Positions 24,154-36,164 of a DNA stretch of 64,000 nucleotides are shown here, in pieces. Both the position numbers and the translations under genes were made by a program. The notes beneath the pieces were generated by a model that saw only the letters and a program-made list of their open reading frames with translations, had not been told where the DNA came from and made no database searches. Each line of letters opens with the position of its first letter. Positions within the stretch are counted from its first letter, which is position 1. The stretch is from Eukaryota sp. TZLM1-RC (lineage: Eukaryota; Protista; Metamonada: BaSk clade): assembly GCA_040285825.1 (NCBI GenBank), contig JAUPSS010000004.1, positions 248,001-312,000 on the forward strand, given 5' to 3'.

Positions 24154-25215
24154 ATGACACACCTCCCTCCAAATGTTCATCTTTATCCTCACGCAGAATG
24201 TCCTTCAACAATGGGAGATGTAAACACTTTTTCAAAACCAAGTAGTGTTCCTGTTGATCCCCTTCAGTGTTGTCAATGGACAGTCTTAACCCTGATCTTT
24301 ACAGTTGTGGTTATTGTCTCTATCGCCTGGAGAGCTGGATATCCCACTAATTCCACACTTTTTCTGGACTCTCTTTTCTTTATTCATCTGCTGATAATCA
24401 CTGCCAGTACATTCTATTCATTCTATCGTTTACCATCAGTGAACTTCGAAAAGCAGAGGTTCTTCGGTACTGTTCTGTTGTTTGTTTCTTGGTTCATTTG
24501 CTCTATATTGCCAATTGTACCTACTTTCTTCAGCATGCGTGTTATAGTTAGACCGCTCTATGTGTTCCTAGACTTATTTTTCATTCTCATCAGTTTTATT
24601 ATACCATTTGTGGCTCTTAAATTAGTGCTAAGAAAAGCATCAGAAACCGACTTAATTCTTGGTTTAACTTATGGTTCCATATTTGGATTTACACTGGCAA
24701 ATAGATGGCAGATTCCATTTGAACTGTTCGCAATTTATCATTTTCATGGCTACCTCATTTCTTACGATAGATACGACTACAGAATTCATGAGAATGTACC
24801 TGCTGCCCTTGTTTTCTTCTTGTTAAGTCTCTTCAGCCTGGCAGCTCTAATTGTAATGGGAATGGCTTTTGGACTTGCAGTAGTTATTAAACGAAGGAAA
24901 ATTGGAACCAGAAAACATTATATTAATTTGTTTCTCTTTTCTATAATTCCATCATGTTTGTTGTGCTATGTTGTGGATGAGGTTCACATGTACGTGCTAG
25001 CGCTTAATGCGGCTAGGTCGCCAAACAACTATGATGATGATCCGTATTTCCCTACTGTGGACTGGGGTTATTACTTGACATCTTACTTTGTAATTATTGT
25101 TTCCTGTGTTTATTGTTATTTTATGGGCATGAAACTCAAGCTTCTTATGCATAAGTTTCAAAATGAAGTAGAGGAAAGTATTACTACTAATCCCATGACT
25201 ACTGCCAAAGTTTGA
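24154..25215 (+). CDS. Uncharacterised ~8-TM membrane protein, paralog 2
   Basis: 353-aa ORF homologous to 3723-4745. Confidence 0.88.
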   Translation: MTHLPPNVHLYPHAECPSTMGDVNTFSKPSSVPVDPLQCCQWTVLTLIFTVVVIVSIAWRAGYPTNSTLFLDSLFFIHLLIITASTFYSFYRLPSVNFEKQRFFGTVLLFVSWFICSILPIVPTFFSMRVIVRPLYVFLDLFFILISFIIPFVALKLVLRKASETDLILGLTYGSIFGFTLANRWQIPFELFAIYHFHGYLISYDRYDYRIHENVPAALVFFLLSLFSLAALIVMGMAFGLAVVIKRRKIGTRKHYINLFLFSIIPSCLLCYVVDEVHMYVLALNAARSPNNYDDDPYFPTVDWGYYLTSYFVIIVSCVYCYFMGMKLKLLMHKFQNEVEESITTNPMTTAKV

Positions 25216-25899
25216 GTCATTGTATTGATTTTTATTGAGGCTGACAATAAATTTTTTGTAAAATTTTAACGTGTTTGAAATATACCACCTCTACGGGTAC
25301 ATTTATTTGCTGAGGCCACTTGTGAAGTTCTGTTTCACATCGGGTGCGCTAATTGACAATTTATGAATTTTAATATTTCGAAATAATGTCTTTTCTATAA
25401 ACACATAATTGCAGAAATTCATAAAAGCGATTTGTTTTAAGATTCATTAGACAGTACTAATGAGACAAGAAATCAATCAGAGGAATACAGGTGTTTATAA
25501 AAAAAGTGAAGATAACTAATAATTATAACTATTGAATATTAACAGCGACTATTACATTATTGATGTAATTAGTTTTTTGCGATTGTATTTCAATACCGCT
25601 TACACAAAGAACATTAGTGGTTCTCGAATGAAATCATAAAAATAACGAGGGCTGTGATTAAGGCCCTTTGGACCTATTTAATTAAAACTGTTTTGCACTA
25701 GCATGTTACGAATTTGATGCGTCATAGAAAAGTAAGGACTCGTGGCAGTATATAATACATGGCTTGATCATTGTTTCATTTCCAGAAGGGCAATTATTGA
25801 GTGCCCCTTTCTCAAATATAGAGTGATAATGGAATTGCAGTAAACTAATAATTGTTCGATCACTATATTTTCAGGGAATGTCTAAATCCACAGCTTATG

Positions 25900-27050
25900 A
25901 CACAACTGCACATTTTGATGATGATCGTTGATCAAAACAAACACACGGCCATCACCAAAAGAATTTCTTTCAGATACATCAGCCAAATTTGAAAACAAAG
26001 GTTCTAAAAAAATTCGATTTTGTAAGACTTAAACATACAATAAAGCTGATCACGTGCTGCATCATGCACTTTTGATGTAAAAGTAATAAAACGATTACAT
26101 TTAAATAAATGGGTTGGAGTGATAGCCTTTTCACATTTTCAAATTAATCCATGAGGAAGATTACCAGGCCAAATAAAAGATCGAAGACGTATAGATTATA
26201 CAAAGCAAGGGTCATCTAAAAACAAACCATAAATTCTTGGTACGTGATTAATTAAACAAGACTCATAACTATCACAAACATCCATTAAAAAATTGGCAGA
26301 AGCGGTATTCTTTGGTTTGGCTATGCCAAGACGTACTTCAGAAATCCAAGTCTTCAAATATTACTGTCAGGATATGTTGAAGTGTTTTCATACAATAACT
26401 TAAATTAGCTAAGTTTCGTGGAGAAATCTCTTGAACTGAGTCGGGAAAACAATGACACCAAATTTCTGGTGCAATTTTATCAATACCAACATCAAGGTCA
26501 TACAAATTTTTGGAAAATGTTGGATTAAGCAAATGGCTATCTTTAGGAAAACGATTGAGAAATTCTAAAATACAATTATTCCACCACCAAGAAAAGCTGC
26601 TTGACAAAGAAATGAAGATTTGCTAAAGCCAACACCACCAAATTGTGAAAAAGAAAACAAGTGAGCTCGAATTAGCTCAGGATTCATTTCTAATAGAAAA
26701 GGAAAGCAATGAAAGTTGCACAAAGTTGACAAAATGACCGGCAAAAGTCGATAGATAATGCAGGGGCTGCCGACCTCAATTAGTGAGTATTTTTTCCGGA
26801 GTAACAAATTTTGAAAATACAAAATTTGATATGTTTTTCACTTTTCTAATTCAGAAATTAATTGAAGCTCATTACCAAGTTTTGCAACAATTTCGTTAAG
26901 ATTTTTAGTTATTCCATCAACATTTCCTAACCAACATCCTAGAAAACGAAATGCTTCTTGTGAATAATTGGTAAATGAATTTTACAATCATTAATCTTAA
27001 ACTCTTTGAAATCATTACCAATTAATAAACAATTTCGGGGTTTGAGAATT
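25900..27050 (-). mobile_element. Decayed CRE-like fragment (post-RT region and zinc knuckle), subfamily of the 33258-39100 host
   Basis: PELIRAHLFSFSQFGGVGFSKSSFLCQAAFLGGG, EFLNRFPKDSHLLNP; ends approximate. Confidence 0.85.
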
Positions 27051-27114
27051 TTACGGATTTAGCTGAGGTATTTGAGCATTAAGGATTTTAGTATTAAAAC
27101 GCAGCAACACTGTT

Positions 27115-27910
27115 TCATCATCATTGGAACCATCAATGCTCAATTCATCTTCCACTGGGCCAACAATACTTTTCGGACTGCATTTAACTTCGCTCTTAAG
27201 AATCAATTTGTTTTTGAATGTGCTCACCAATATGTCAATTCTTTATACTGAATAAATGTATCAATTCTTATTTACAAGTCATCTGTTTTAATTCAGAATC
27301 CATTGTTTTCCCGAACATGGCTACTTGTCCATTTATTTTGTTCTTCGACCAACAAAAATCAGTTTTCTAGCTTTCAAATAGAATAAGTTTTGTCTTTCCA
27401 TACGAATTTCTTTTTTTCCATTATTTGAACCTTGAAAACAGTATCAAAAAGAATGTACATTTCACAATTTGACTTTATTAGTACAATAGGGGAAGATCGG
27501 GAAAACCAAAGTCGCCACTGAACTTGAGTAAGTATGCATAATCGATATTATCAGCTTTAGGGATCCGGAGCAAAGATTTCCAAATTCTAATAAACATAAA
27601 ATAATTAATAATTTCAATGAAGCATTTGTCAAAACCAACGTAAAAATTGCGGAAGACATAATTATTTTGGCGTTTATGGGTGGCAATAATGATCGATTCT
27701 GAAGTTGCTTTATTATATCTGAAACACCTCTTGAATTGGTAATTGCTCTTACACCCCCTGTCCTTGCATTAATTCATTGAGTGGTGAAATATATGCTTAT
27801 GGACAAAAGGTCTTTGCTAACAGATTTATATTTACATTATTTGTGATAAAAATAGAATAAATTCAGTCGAAAAAGCAGTTCTATCAGAAAATACGTTTTC
27901 CCAAGATGAA
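27115..27910. repeat. Dispersed repeat, copy 2 (see 320-1112)
   Basis: Direct sequence match to 320-1112. Confidence 0.85.
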
Positions 27911-28152
27911 ATGTTCTAAAATATGATTGATCAACTTCACGTTTAGGACACTGCAAAAGCAATTTGCTGAAAGTTGATGGTCATTTCATTATTGGAGACC
28001 AATTTTTAAGGAAACAATTAAATCAAGACCATAAAGATCCTTTGTTTCAATTATCATTTGAGCAAATATTTCTGCAAAGTTGTAATGAACACACAAAATG
28101 ATTTAGAAAAATTTACAAAACAAATTTACATAGAGACCCTCTACAGATGGAG

Positions 28153-28879
28153 TTATTGCCATTGTTGTTGTTGACCAGGGAATCCACCTTGTTGAGGTTG
28201 TTGACCAGGGAATCCACCTTGTTGAGGTTGTTGACCAGGGAATCCACCTTGTTGAGGTTGTTGACCAGGGAATCCACCTTGTTGAGGTTGTTGACCAGGG
28301 AATCCACCTTGTTGAGGTTGTTGACCAGGGAATCCACCTTGTTGAGGATGCTGCCATTGTTGTTGTTGTTGACCAGAATAACCGCCTTGTTGTTGACCAG
28401 GAAAGCCTCCAGATTGCATACCACTAGATTGGAGGTTCCAGGTTTGATTAGGAGCAGAGGAATTCTTGGTGTTCCAGAGATTGACGGGTTGATTTTCTTG
28501 CGCTTGATTGCGGGGCACATCCAAACACATCTGCTGGTTGGCTCTGACACAGATCTGACCATTTTGATTGACAGAGAAGATTTGGTTTTGCTTATTGTTA
28601 CCACGGTCCCAAAGTACAAGATTAGCTCCAGCACGGTCAATCTCGTTCTTTGCAACGTCCATAACTAGACCAGAAGCTTGGTGACGGATTGTACCATCAC
28701 GATCGATGTTCCATTGTTGACTAGAGTTAATATGAAAGCCACACAAACGAAGGATCGTTAGGACGGAGTTGCTGAGTGACAACACGAGCACCTTTTGGGT
28801 CGCGACCATGCTCTACGCCCAATACCCAGTTGTTACCTAATCCAGATATAATGTTTACGGGACCTTGATTGGGATGCAT
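28153..28879 (-). CDS. Ricin-B (beta-trefoil) lectin with C-terminal [10 protein letters not shown] repeats; two exons (28879-28749, 28720-28153)
   Basis: QxW motifs ([18 protein letters not shown]), LVMDV, MCLDV; splicing GT-AG 28748-28721 joins [22 protein letters not shown]...NDP in frame. Confidence 0.88.
28165..28410 (-). repeat. 30-bp coding tandem repeat (about 6 copies plus degenerate ones)
   Basis: ttgaccagggaatccaccttgttgaggttg repeated. Confidence 0.97.
28721..28748 (-). other. 28-nt spliceosomal intron
   Basis: gtttgtgtggctttcatattaactctag: GT-AG, branch-like TTAAC next to the 3' site, restores the reading frame. Confidence 0.8.
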
Positions 28880-30514
28880 AATTGAAACGAGAAAAAGTGA
28901 TTATGATTGGCCAGTTGCCAAATTGCCCAATCACATCCAAGAATAGAATTCCTACTTGTTCATTTGAACTCAAGTAGTTTGGTCTACGTTTTGCAGTTAT
29001 TGATTCGTTCAGTTAGGTTGGCATCTCAGTTCGTTTCTGTAGTACCACACCACTGTTTTTCCACTCTCACTTTATACTATTACCTTATCTAGCAAACAAG
29101 AAAAACTTTTATTCGAAATGTTCTACAACATGTCAAAACAGGTCATTATCCTGACCAAATATGACAATAAAGAAAGTTGGGGAAAAATGAATGTTTGCAA
29201 ATGTGAGTGCAGATTTCTCCACAAATAGATCCACTACAGTTGAAATAGAGGTATAGCAAAATGTTTTCGAACAAAACCTGCTAAAGTTGCTGAAATTGCC
29301 AGATATACATTAACGAAAATAGTTCAATCAAATGTTCAGAATTCCAGCATTGATTACAAATTATGAATATCTTTCATCCATTGAATTGACAATTACAACA
29401 ATTGAATCTAGGTTTTGAAATTAGAAGAAATTAAAAATAAATTTACAACTCCCATACTGCATTCACCATCTAAAAGTTTCCCAAAGAAGATTGATAGCAA
29501 GAACGTACAAGTACTTAATCTCAATCCCTCAACTCCAAAATCACTTAAGAAAGGTTGTCAAGTCGTTCCAAAAGTAAATTGACATTTGCCTTTTTCAGTT
29601 ATTCATCAATATACCCACCCTAAGTGAAGATAAAACAACTGGTCAACAGATATAACAAATCTAAATAATTTCAATATCCCAAAACGGACTATACGTTCAA
29701 CACCTATGAACAGATAGTAAAGCGTTTAACTGAAGCAACAGTGGGATATCACAATGATTTGAGGCTATTAGGATTCGTGAGGATGGAATCATGGAAGTCG
29801 AACAAAGATAAATAGAAAACAACATACAAATAGAAAATCAATCAGACTTTCTTTAACCACATAAGACTTTGGGCAACAATACAATTAATTTTAATATTCC
29901 TTCAACAAATCTGCATGCATATAATCAATGAAATAAAAAAATGAATTGATAGATCGATTGATTGACACCCAAATTGAGGTGTAGTAAGAGTTTTGAGACA
30001 GAACTAAGGGGATAGGATCTCACAACGGGAGTTGATATTTAACAACATTATGGATATTGACACTCCCCGGTCAAACAATGATATGTCATTAAACTACAAT
30101 GCATTGATGAAATTAATTCATCGCAATAGTGTCTAAACAAGGTCTCAACAAAGGGACAATAGTCACTCAATTTCCCAATTTCAAACCCATCACTAGTTAG
30201 GTATCAATATTGGAATAATCAATTTTTTCTGAATAATATATTTCCGAGAATATTCAAGTAGGTCATGGCAAATGTGTACTTGTACTGAGTGTCAAATAGA
30301 TTATGACATAGAAATTTCCGCTACAAAAGATATTCAAATTAAAAAGAAAGCGAAATTGTGACCGGCAAAATACATTTGCTCAGAAGATCTGTTGAGAAGA
30401 TGAATGGGGAACCTGAGCACACAGAAATTTAAATTTTCGAAAAACTTTTATTCTATTTTGATTTTTTGTATTCTATTTTAAATTTTAATAAAAATTTTTG
30501 GAGACTGATCTACA

Positions 30515-30680
30515 AATGCCTTAGTGGCGCTTACTAGATCCACTTTGATACATCAAGTCGCGAGGCATTGTTCTGTGAAAGCAGTAGGTGTATTTAAGTG
30601 AGGTAGCCCACTGATGAAGATCATGATTGTCTTTGTCAAATGATGCTACATGTCTCTTACAACCTGTGAGTAGACATTTA
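30515..30680 (+). ncRNA. Candidate structured ncRNA, identity unknown
   Basis: Four consecutive stems in a GC-richer intergenic patch, one with a GAAA loop and several G-U pairs; no known family motif recognised. Confidence 0.3.
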
Positions 30681-30772
30681 GAAAGTTGAAAACAGGAGTG
30701 AATTTCACAGTATGTTACAACATTTCACCTAGGGAAACACCTTGACGCTTTCATCATATACCACTATCACCA

Positions 30773-31387
30773 ATGATTCCACTTCCCTTCACTCGTCCAT
30801 CATCACAAGAAAGGGCTAGATTTCCAGGTTATGGAGGCTATCTTCCTTCAAAAGCCGATGTCAAATCACCAGACAAAGATCCTGCTCTTACACATGGTCC
30901 TAAATACTCCGAGTCTCTTATCCCAAAATACCAAGGTTACATACCTGGTCTGCGGGAAACTTTTGGAAAGGGTTACACACAAGGAGCTGATCTGGCCAAA
31001 ACCACAATCCGCAAAGGTCCCACCATGGATGATACAGAAGCAGTCACTGTTCGTATAGACAGGTCTTCCATTTCTGACCCCTCACCTTCCCTTCTGCAAC
31101 CTACGTTCAAGGACAAGTGCCTGAAGGATAAGCTCTCCGTGCCGGGTTATGGTGGATTCATCCCCCAGAAGCATTTCCTTCACGGTAAGTCCAATAAGAG
31201 AATTATTGATGAAGCTGCGGAACTCAACAACAGCCTGAAAAGACCAATCAATTCAAATGAACCTTCCTCTCCGTACTCTCCACGGCCAGGGTCGTTGCCT
31301 GGGTATTGTGGTCATGTTCCAGGTCTTAACACTGCTGTAGGTACCAGTTTTGGTAAAGCTACTTGTAATTTAAATAAATTTAATTGA
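30773..31387 (+). CDS. FAM166/CIMIP2-like ciliary microtubule inner protein
   Basis: Four PxY repeats (PGYGGYLP, PKYQGYIPG, PGYGGFIP, PGYCGHVPG), three followed by FGK/HGK/GTSFG. Confidence 0.8.
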   Translation: MIPLPFTRPSSQERARFPGYGGYLPSKADVKSPDKDPALTHGPKYSESLIPKYQGYIPGLRETFGKGYTQGADLAKTTIRKGPTMDDTEAVTVRIDRSSISDPSPSLLQPTFKDKCLKDKLSVPGYGGFIPQKHFLHGKSNKRIIDEAAELNNSLKRPINSNEPSSPYSPRPGSLPGYCGHVPGLNTAVGTSFGKATCNLNKFN

Positions 31388-32039
31388 TTGCTTGGGAATA
31401 GTTATCTATGTTTTTTAGTCGCTATTTAATAAATTTTTGTAGTATTTCATTCTTTTTTTACCCACAAATGATGTGTTTTGTTTAAACAGATCTATCACGC
31501 TCTATAGGAATGTTTATCTGCAGGTTTTCTCATTTGAATCAGATGAACATTGGTACACTTACATCAGTTGCTCCACTGATGTTAGTGAACAAGCATTGTA
31601 GAAGTTGAAACTTGAGTAGATTTGTTCAATTTAAAGTTTATTTGTCAATCAAAGATAATGCACATGAGAACTTTAACTCATTCCTTTGTTTCGTGAATTC
31701 ACACACATAATATGTGACGTTGATGGTGTTTGACAGCAGAATCAGGTTGAAACCTCAACAATAACAGAAATTAGTGTCAGAGCAGTTACCTCGTTACTGG
31801 CCCAAAATCATTTTAGTATATGAAAAAATTTGTTTCTGGCAATTAAACCACGGCAAGGACATAATTTCAGAAAGTTCTTGAAATTCAATAACAATCAATT
31901 TCTATTAAACAAAGAGTGTCAAATTTGAACAGGAGATTAAATAATAAAAATTGATTAAATTGAATAATAGTTTTATCAATATTATCGATCTCTTAATTAA
32001 TAATCAATCAATAATAATCTTATTAATTATCGATTTGGT

Positions 32040-32672
32040 CTCTTTAAAAGTCTTTCCTCCACCTGAGCTTACTGCTGCACGTCTCATTGCTTTAGTAAAA
32101 CCTGGTAGAGAAACTAAACCCTCGGGAATTCGTCCCATTGCAGTAGGTGAATCTCTCTCTCTCGTTTGTTTGCCTCAATTATTTTTAATAGAATTGTGAA
32201 AAATGCCAGTAAATTTTTGTCGCCATTGCAATTTGGTATACTAACAATTGATTGAGCTTCAGTTGCTGCTCTAACATCTGACTTGTTTTTTAACTCCAAA
32301 GGAAACAATTTTATTTTCGATTTAAATTTCAGCAATGCTTTCAACAGTGTAAAAAGAACAGCAATTTACGAAGTAATTGAAAAACATTTCCCTGAACTAT
32401 CAAGTTATTTCTACTTGTTTTTCGGTAAGTCCAGTGAATTGGTGTATGATGTATTTTCTTTAAAGTCTTCCTCTGGTGTAAAGCATGGGGGCCCTTTGGG
32501 CACATTACTATTTTGTATCGCAATCCAGGAATTTTTGATAGCAATTGATGAAAAATACCCTTCTCTAAAAATTGTAGGTCATGTGGATGACATTTCCCTT
32601 ATTGGTCCTGTTGATGTCGTTCAAAAAGCTTCAATTGAAATTGCTTCCCAATATGAAAATATAGGACTTCAC
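32040..32672 (+). mobile_element. Decayed CRE-like RT fragment
   Basis: RLIALVKP...RPIAVGE, FSNAFNSV, GVKHGGPLG, HVDD. Confidence 0.88.
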
Positions 32673-33255
32673 TATGGCACAAACTGCAAGGATATCGTGT
32701 ATCAAAGAGCCCCTGCTGAAAGAAACACTTTCTCTGAATAATTTTAGTTCTGATGATAGAGGTGATGTATACTGTGATTGGATTGATAATTCTGAAGCTA
32801 TTGTTGACTTTGTCTCATGTAATGTTGCAAACGATACTTTGGTTCACAGAAGAAAACTTAATCCTGTGGCTGCTCTGGATTTTAAAGCAAAAGAAAAACA
32901 TAGAAAATATGATAAAGAAATTGAAGATGCAAATATCGATAGAAATACACAGCTGGTTTTTATTGCTTTTCCATTTTCGATAAATGGAAGATTATCAGTT
33001 GAAGCAGAAACTTTTTTGGATGACTTCCAAAAAATGGTGAAAGAAAAAACAATGAAAAGATTTGATATTTTTTTATGGCGTTCACGGATTCAATTTGCCA
33101 TTATTAATAGATTACCGCGGTTTTTCAATCGAATTAGAGAAGCTTTAGCTAGACAGCAAGCAAATCAAGATTTTGTAGAGGAAATCTTGGTTTAATGATA
33201 GTCGTCCCATTAGTTATGATTTAATTTAATCAAGTGTGCAAATTCAATAAATTAA
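32673..33255 (+). mobile_element. CRE-like RLE 3' fragment of another subfamily
   Basis: KEP...DRGDVY...VDF...KAKEKHRKY...FPFSING...WRSRIQF; no clear TSD. Confidence 0.8.
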
Positions 33256-33723
33256 TGAATTGGTAATGAATTCAAAGAGTTTGAAATTAGTAAATGTAAA
33301 AAATTTTTCCAATTATTCTCAAGAAGCTTTTCCTTCTTTTAAGTTGTTGTTTAGAAAATGTTCATGATATAACTAAAAATCTTAATGAATTTGCTGAAAA
33401 ACTTGGTAATGAGCGTTAATCAATTTCTGAATTGGAAATAGAGAAACATATCAAATTTTTTATTTTGAAAATCTGTTACTCCGGAAAAATTACTCACTTA
33501 TTGAGGTAGACTGTACCATCTTTGTCTATCGAACTTTGCCGATCATCTGATCAACTTCGTGCAACTTTCATTGCTTCCGTATTAGAAGTGAAGCCGGATC
33601 TAATTCGAGCCCACTTGTTCTCATCTTCACAATTTGGTAGTGTTGGCTTTATTAAATCTTCAATTCTTTCTCAAGCAGCTTTTGTTGGTGGTGGAAAAAA
33701 TTCATTTTTGTATTTCTCAATCG

Positions 33724-35453
33724 TGATGCCGTAGGTTGGAAAAGTGGTTAAGATAGAGCTAATGAGGAAAAGTTGATTCATTTCCTGATCATAACATATA
33801 AGCCTTAGAGCGCCAACACTGCTTCTTCCCTTTTTCAAAGTAAATCAGCTAATATGAATATGAAACAAAACTATAACAAATACCTAAATAACTATAAATA
33901 CTAAGAACTGAATACTAAATTCTGATGTTTTCTATTGTCTACAATTATCTTTGTAGTGATTGGGATTTACAGAAACACTGGTTTCACTTTTTTAAGATCG
34001 ACACTGGATGTACTATGACTCTCCTACAATAATATTAGTATAAGGTAGTAAGCAATAACTGAAAAGGGCCTCGTTCCAAAATCTGTGTGCTTGAGTACTT
34101 TGTTGTGTCAGGTTTTAATCGCTACATAAAGACGCTCTGTTTCTTTTCTTTTTCGTAAACGAGAAACGTGGTAGTGTCGTTTAGAAAAGGTATCATGGAA
34201 TCGAAGAACGGATTCGTTAAAGATCATGCAGGGTCTATGTTCGATCAAAAACAACAGTAAGCAAAGTAACAAACCTCAGAAACCTGAAGGCGGCGCCTTT
34301 TGTTCTTAAAGTACTGGTTTTACGATTAAAAATATCACAGGAACAAGGACCGTATCTTTGCATTGTAGTACAATAACAGCGGAGGTGGAGTTTCTAATCA
34401 TAACCTCATATTTGGTCGACTTTTCTCGTGTTTGGCTCCATAAGGAAGGGAGCTGCTCGGATGGATAAGAGTCCATTGCTTCGAGATAACGCTCCGCGTC
34501 GTTGCTAGGAGTTTGTAGAATTCATCACTGGAGCCATCTTCCCCTTCCGTAATATGTACTCTCCAGAAGGGGTTGATTATGTAAAGTGGGATTTTCATCC
34601 GTTTCTTTACTAGATGCTAGATTAGGGAGGGGAGAGGGAACTGGTCCGTTTTCGTGGCCTCCTCTGACTCTTCTAGGTTCTACTTCCTTTGTGGGGGAGA
34701 GGAAACCGGGTCCGTATTCTTAAACTCTGTTAGGGTCCCCCTTATAGCCCAAAGTTGGAAATCCAACGTTTCTGCCTATCTTTGGAAATTCCTTCCATAA
34801 AGGAGGGAGCTGCTCAAACAAACAGTAATCTGTAGGTTCGAGGTAAGCCTCCGCGTCCTTCATAATTTGTTGACGAAGTTCTTTCCCTTCGTCGTCTATT
34901 TCATCTAGAACGGATTAAAGTGCTTCGTAATCCTTTAGAACAGACGGAGTTTCTGAACTTGACCCAACATTTGTGGCTTTAGGTGAGGAGGGGGGTGGTT
35001 CCGTTATTGAAACCTTTTCTGGCTTGTTGGACTTGAAGGGGCGGGAGCTGGTTCCGTGCCTGGTTCCATTGTTTTGTGTTTGTAGGAGGCAGGAGGTGAT
35101 TCCGTGCCTGAATCCACGGGTTTTCCTTGAGGGGGGGGGGAGGCTGTCTCGAGCCCGAATCCTCATCACTCGTTGCTACTTCTCCTGTTGATGTAAATGT
35201 GTTATAAGCATCCCTGTCGTGTTTGTGGATGATATTTTTAAAGAAGTCAGTGCTCTGGCTGGAAGGAACTGACGTGATATCTGCTAAAAATATCCTCTGT
35301 ACGAAAGCTGTGTGTTGTTAAAAGTGGCATACCTAAACCTAATGTGGCCAATAATTATTGATGCCGTAGGTTAAAGAAGTGGTTAAGATAAAGCTAATGA
35401 GGAAAAGTTGATTTTTTTTCTGATCATAAAATATAAGCCTTAGGGCGCCAACA
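33724..35453 (-). mobile_element. Non-autonomous LTR element, 95-bp LTRs (33724-33818, 35359-35453), TSD ATCG, decayed internal ORF
   Basis: TG...CA LTRs with several mismatches; ATCG at 33720-33723 and 35454-35457; minus-strand PPT aaaaagggaagaagcag; same GGCATCA-ATAATTATTGGCC junction as 11283-12385. Confidence 0.92.
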
Positions 35454-36164
35454 ATCGTTTTCCTGAAGATAGCCATTTGCTTAATCCATCATTTTCCAAA
35501 TATTTGTATGACCTTGACGTTGCTTTTAATAAAATTGCACCAGAAATTTGGTGTCAATGTCTTCCCGACTGAGTTCAAGAGATTCCTCCACGAAATTTAG
35601 TCAATTTAAGGTATTGTGTAAAGAAGCTTCCACAAAAACTGGCACTACTATTTGAAGGCTTGGATTATGAAATACGTCTTGGCATGGCCAAACATAGAAA
35701 TAACGCTTTTGTAAATTTTGTACTGGATGTTTGTGATAGTTCTGCGTCTTGTTTAATTAATCGCGTGCCAAGAATTTAAGGTTTGTTTCTAGATGACCCT
35801 TGCTCTTTATTATCTATGCGTCTTCGATCTTTTATTTGGTCGGATAATCTTCCCCATGGTTCAATTTATAAATGTCGAAAGCCTGTCGCTACAAACCATT
35901 TATTTAATTGTAATCGTTTTATTACTTTTAGATCAAAAGTGCATGAAACAGTCCGTGATCAGTTCTATTGTATATTTAAGTCCTACAAAATCAAATCATT
36001 TTTAGAACCTTTACTTTCAAATTTGGCTAATGAAGCTGACAGAAATTTTTTTGGTGATTGCCACGGTGATCTGTTAGTTCCCGGTCTTCATGGATCAATG
36101 ATCATTATTGATGTCAGATCTACTGCTGTATCAAACAGCTCAAATGAAAAACTGGCACAATCTT

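Noticed and set aside
28165-28410. 30-bp repeats as a CRISPR array
   Set aside because: No unique spacers; it is a coding tandem repeat
28103-28668. Overlapping repeat ORFs in other frames (28103-28357, 28113-28655, 28147-28668)
   Set aside because: Stop-free shadows of the 30-bp repeat; only the QxW frame has a recognisable domain
30575-30640. Hammerhead ribozyme (GAAA ... CTGATGA)
   Set aside because: Stems I and III and the UH cleavage site cannot be paired properly
34400-35200. Stop-codon reassignment suggested by in-frame TAA in TE ORFs
   Set aside because: Conserved genes end at TAA/TAG/TGA at expected positions; TE copies also have frameshifts, so decay explains it
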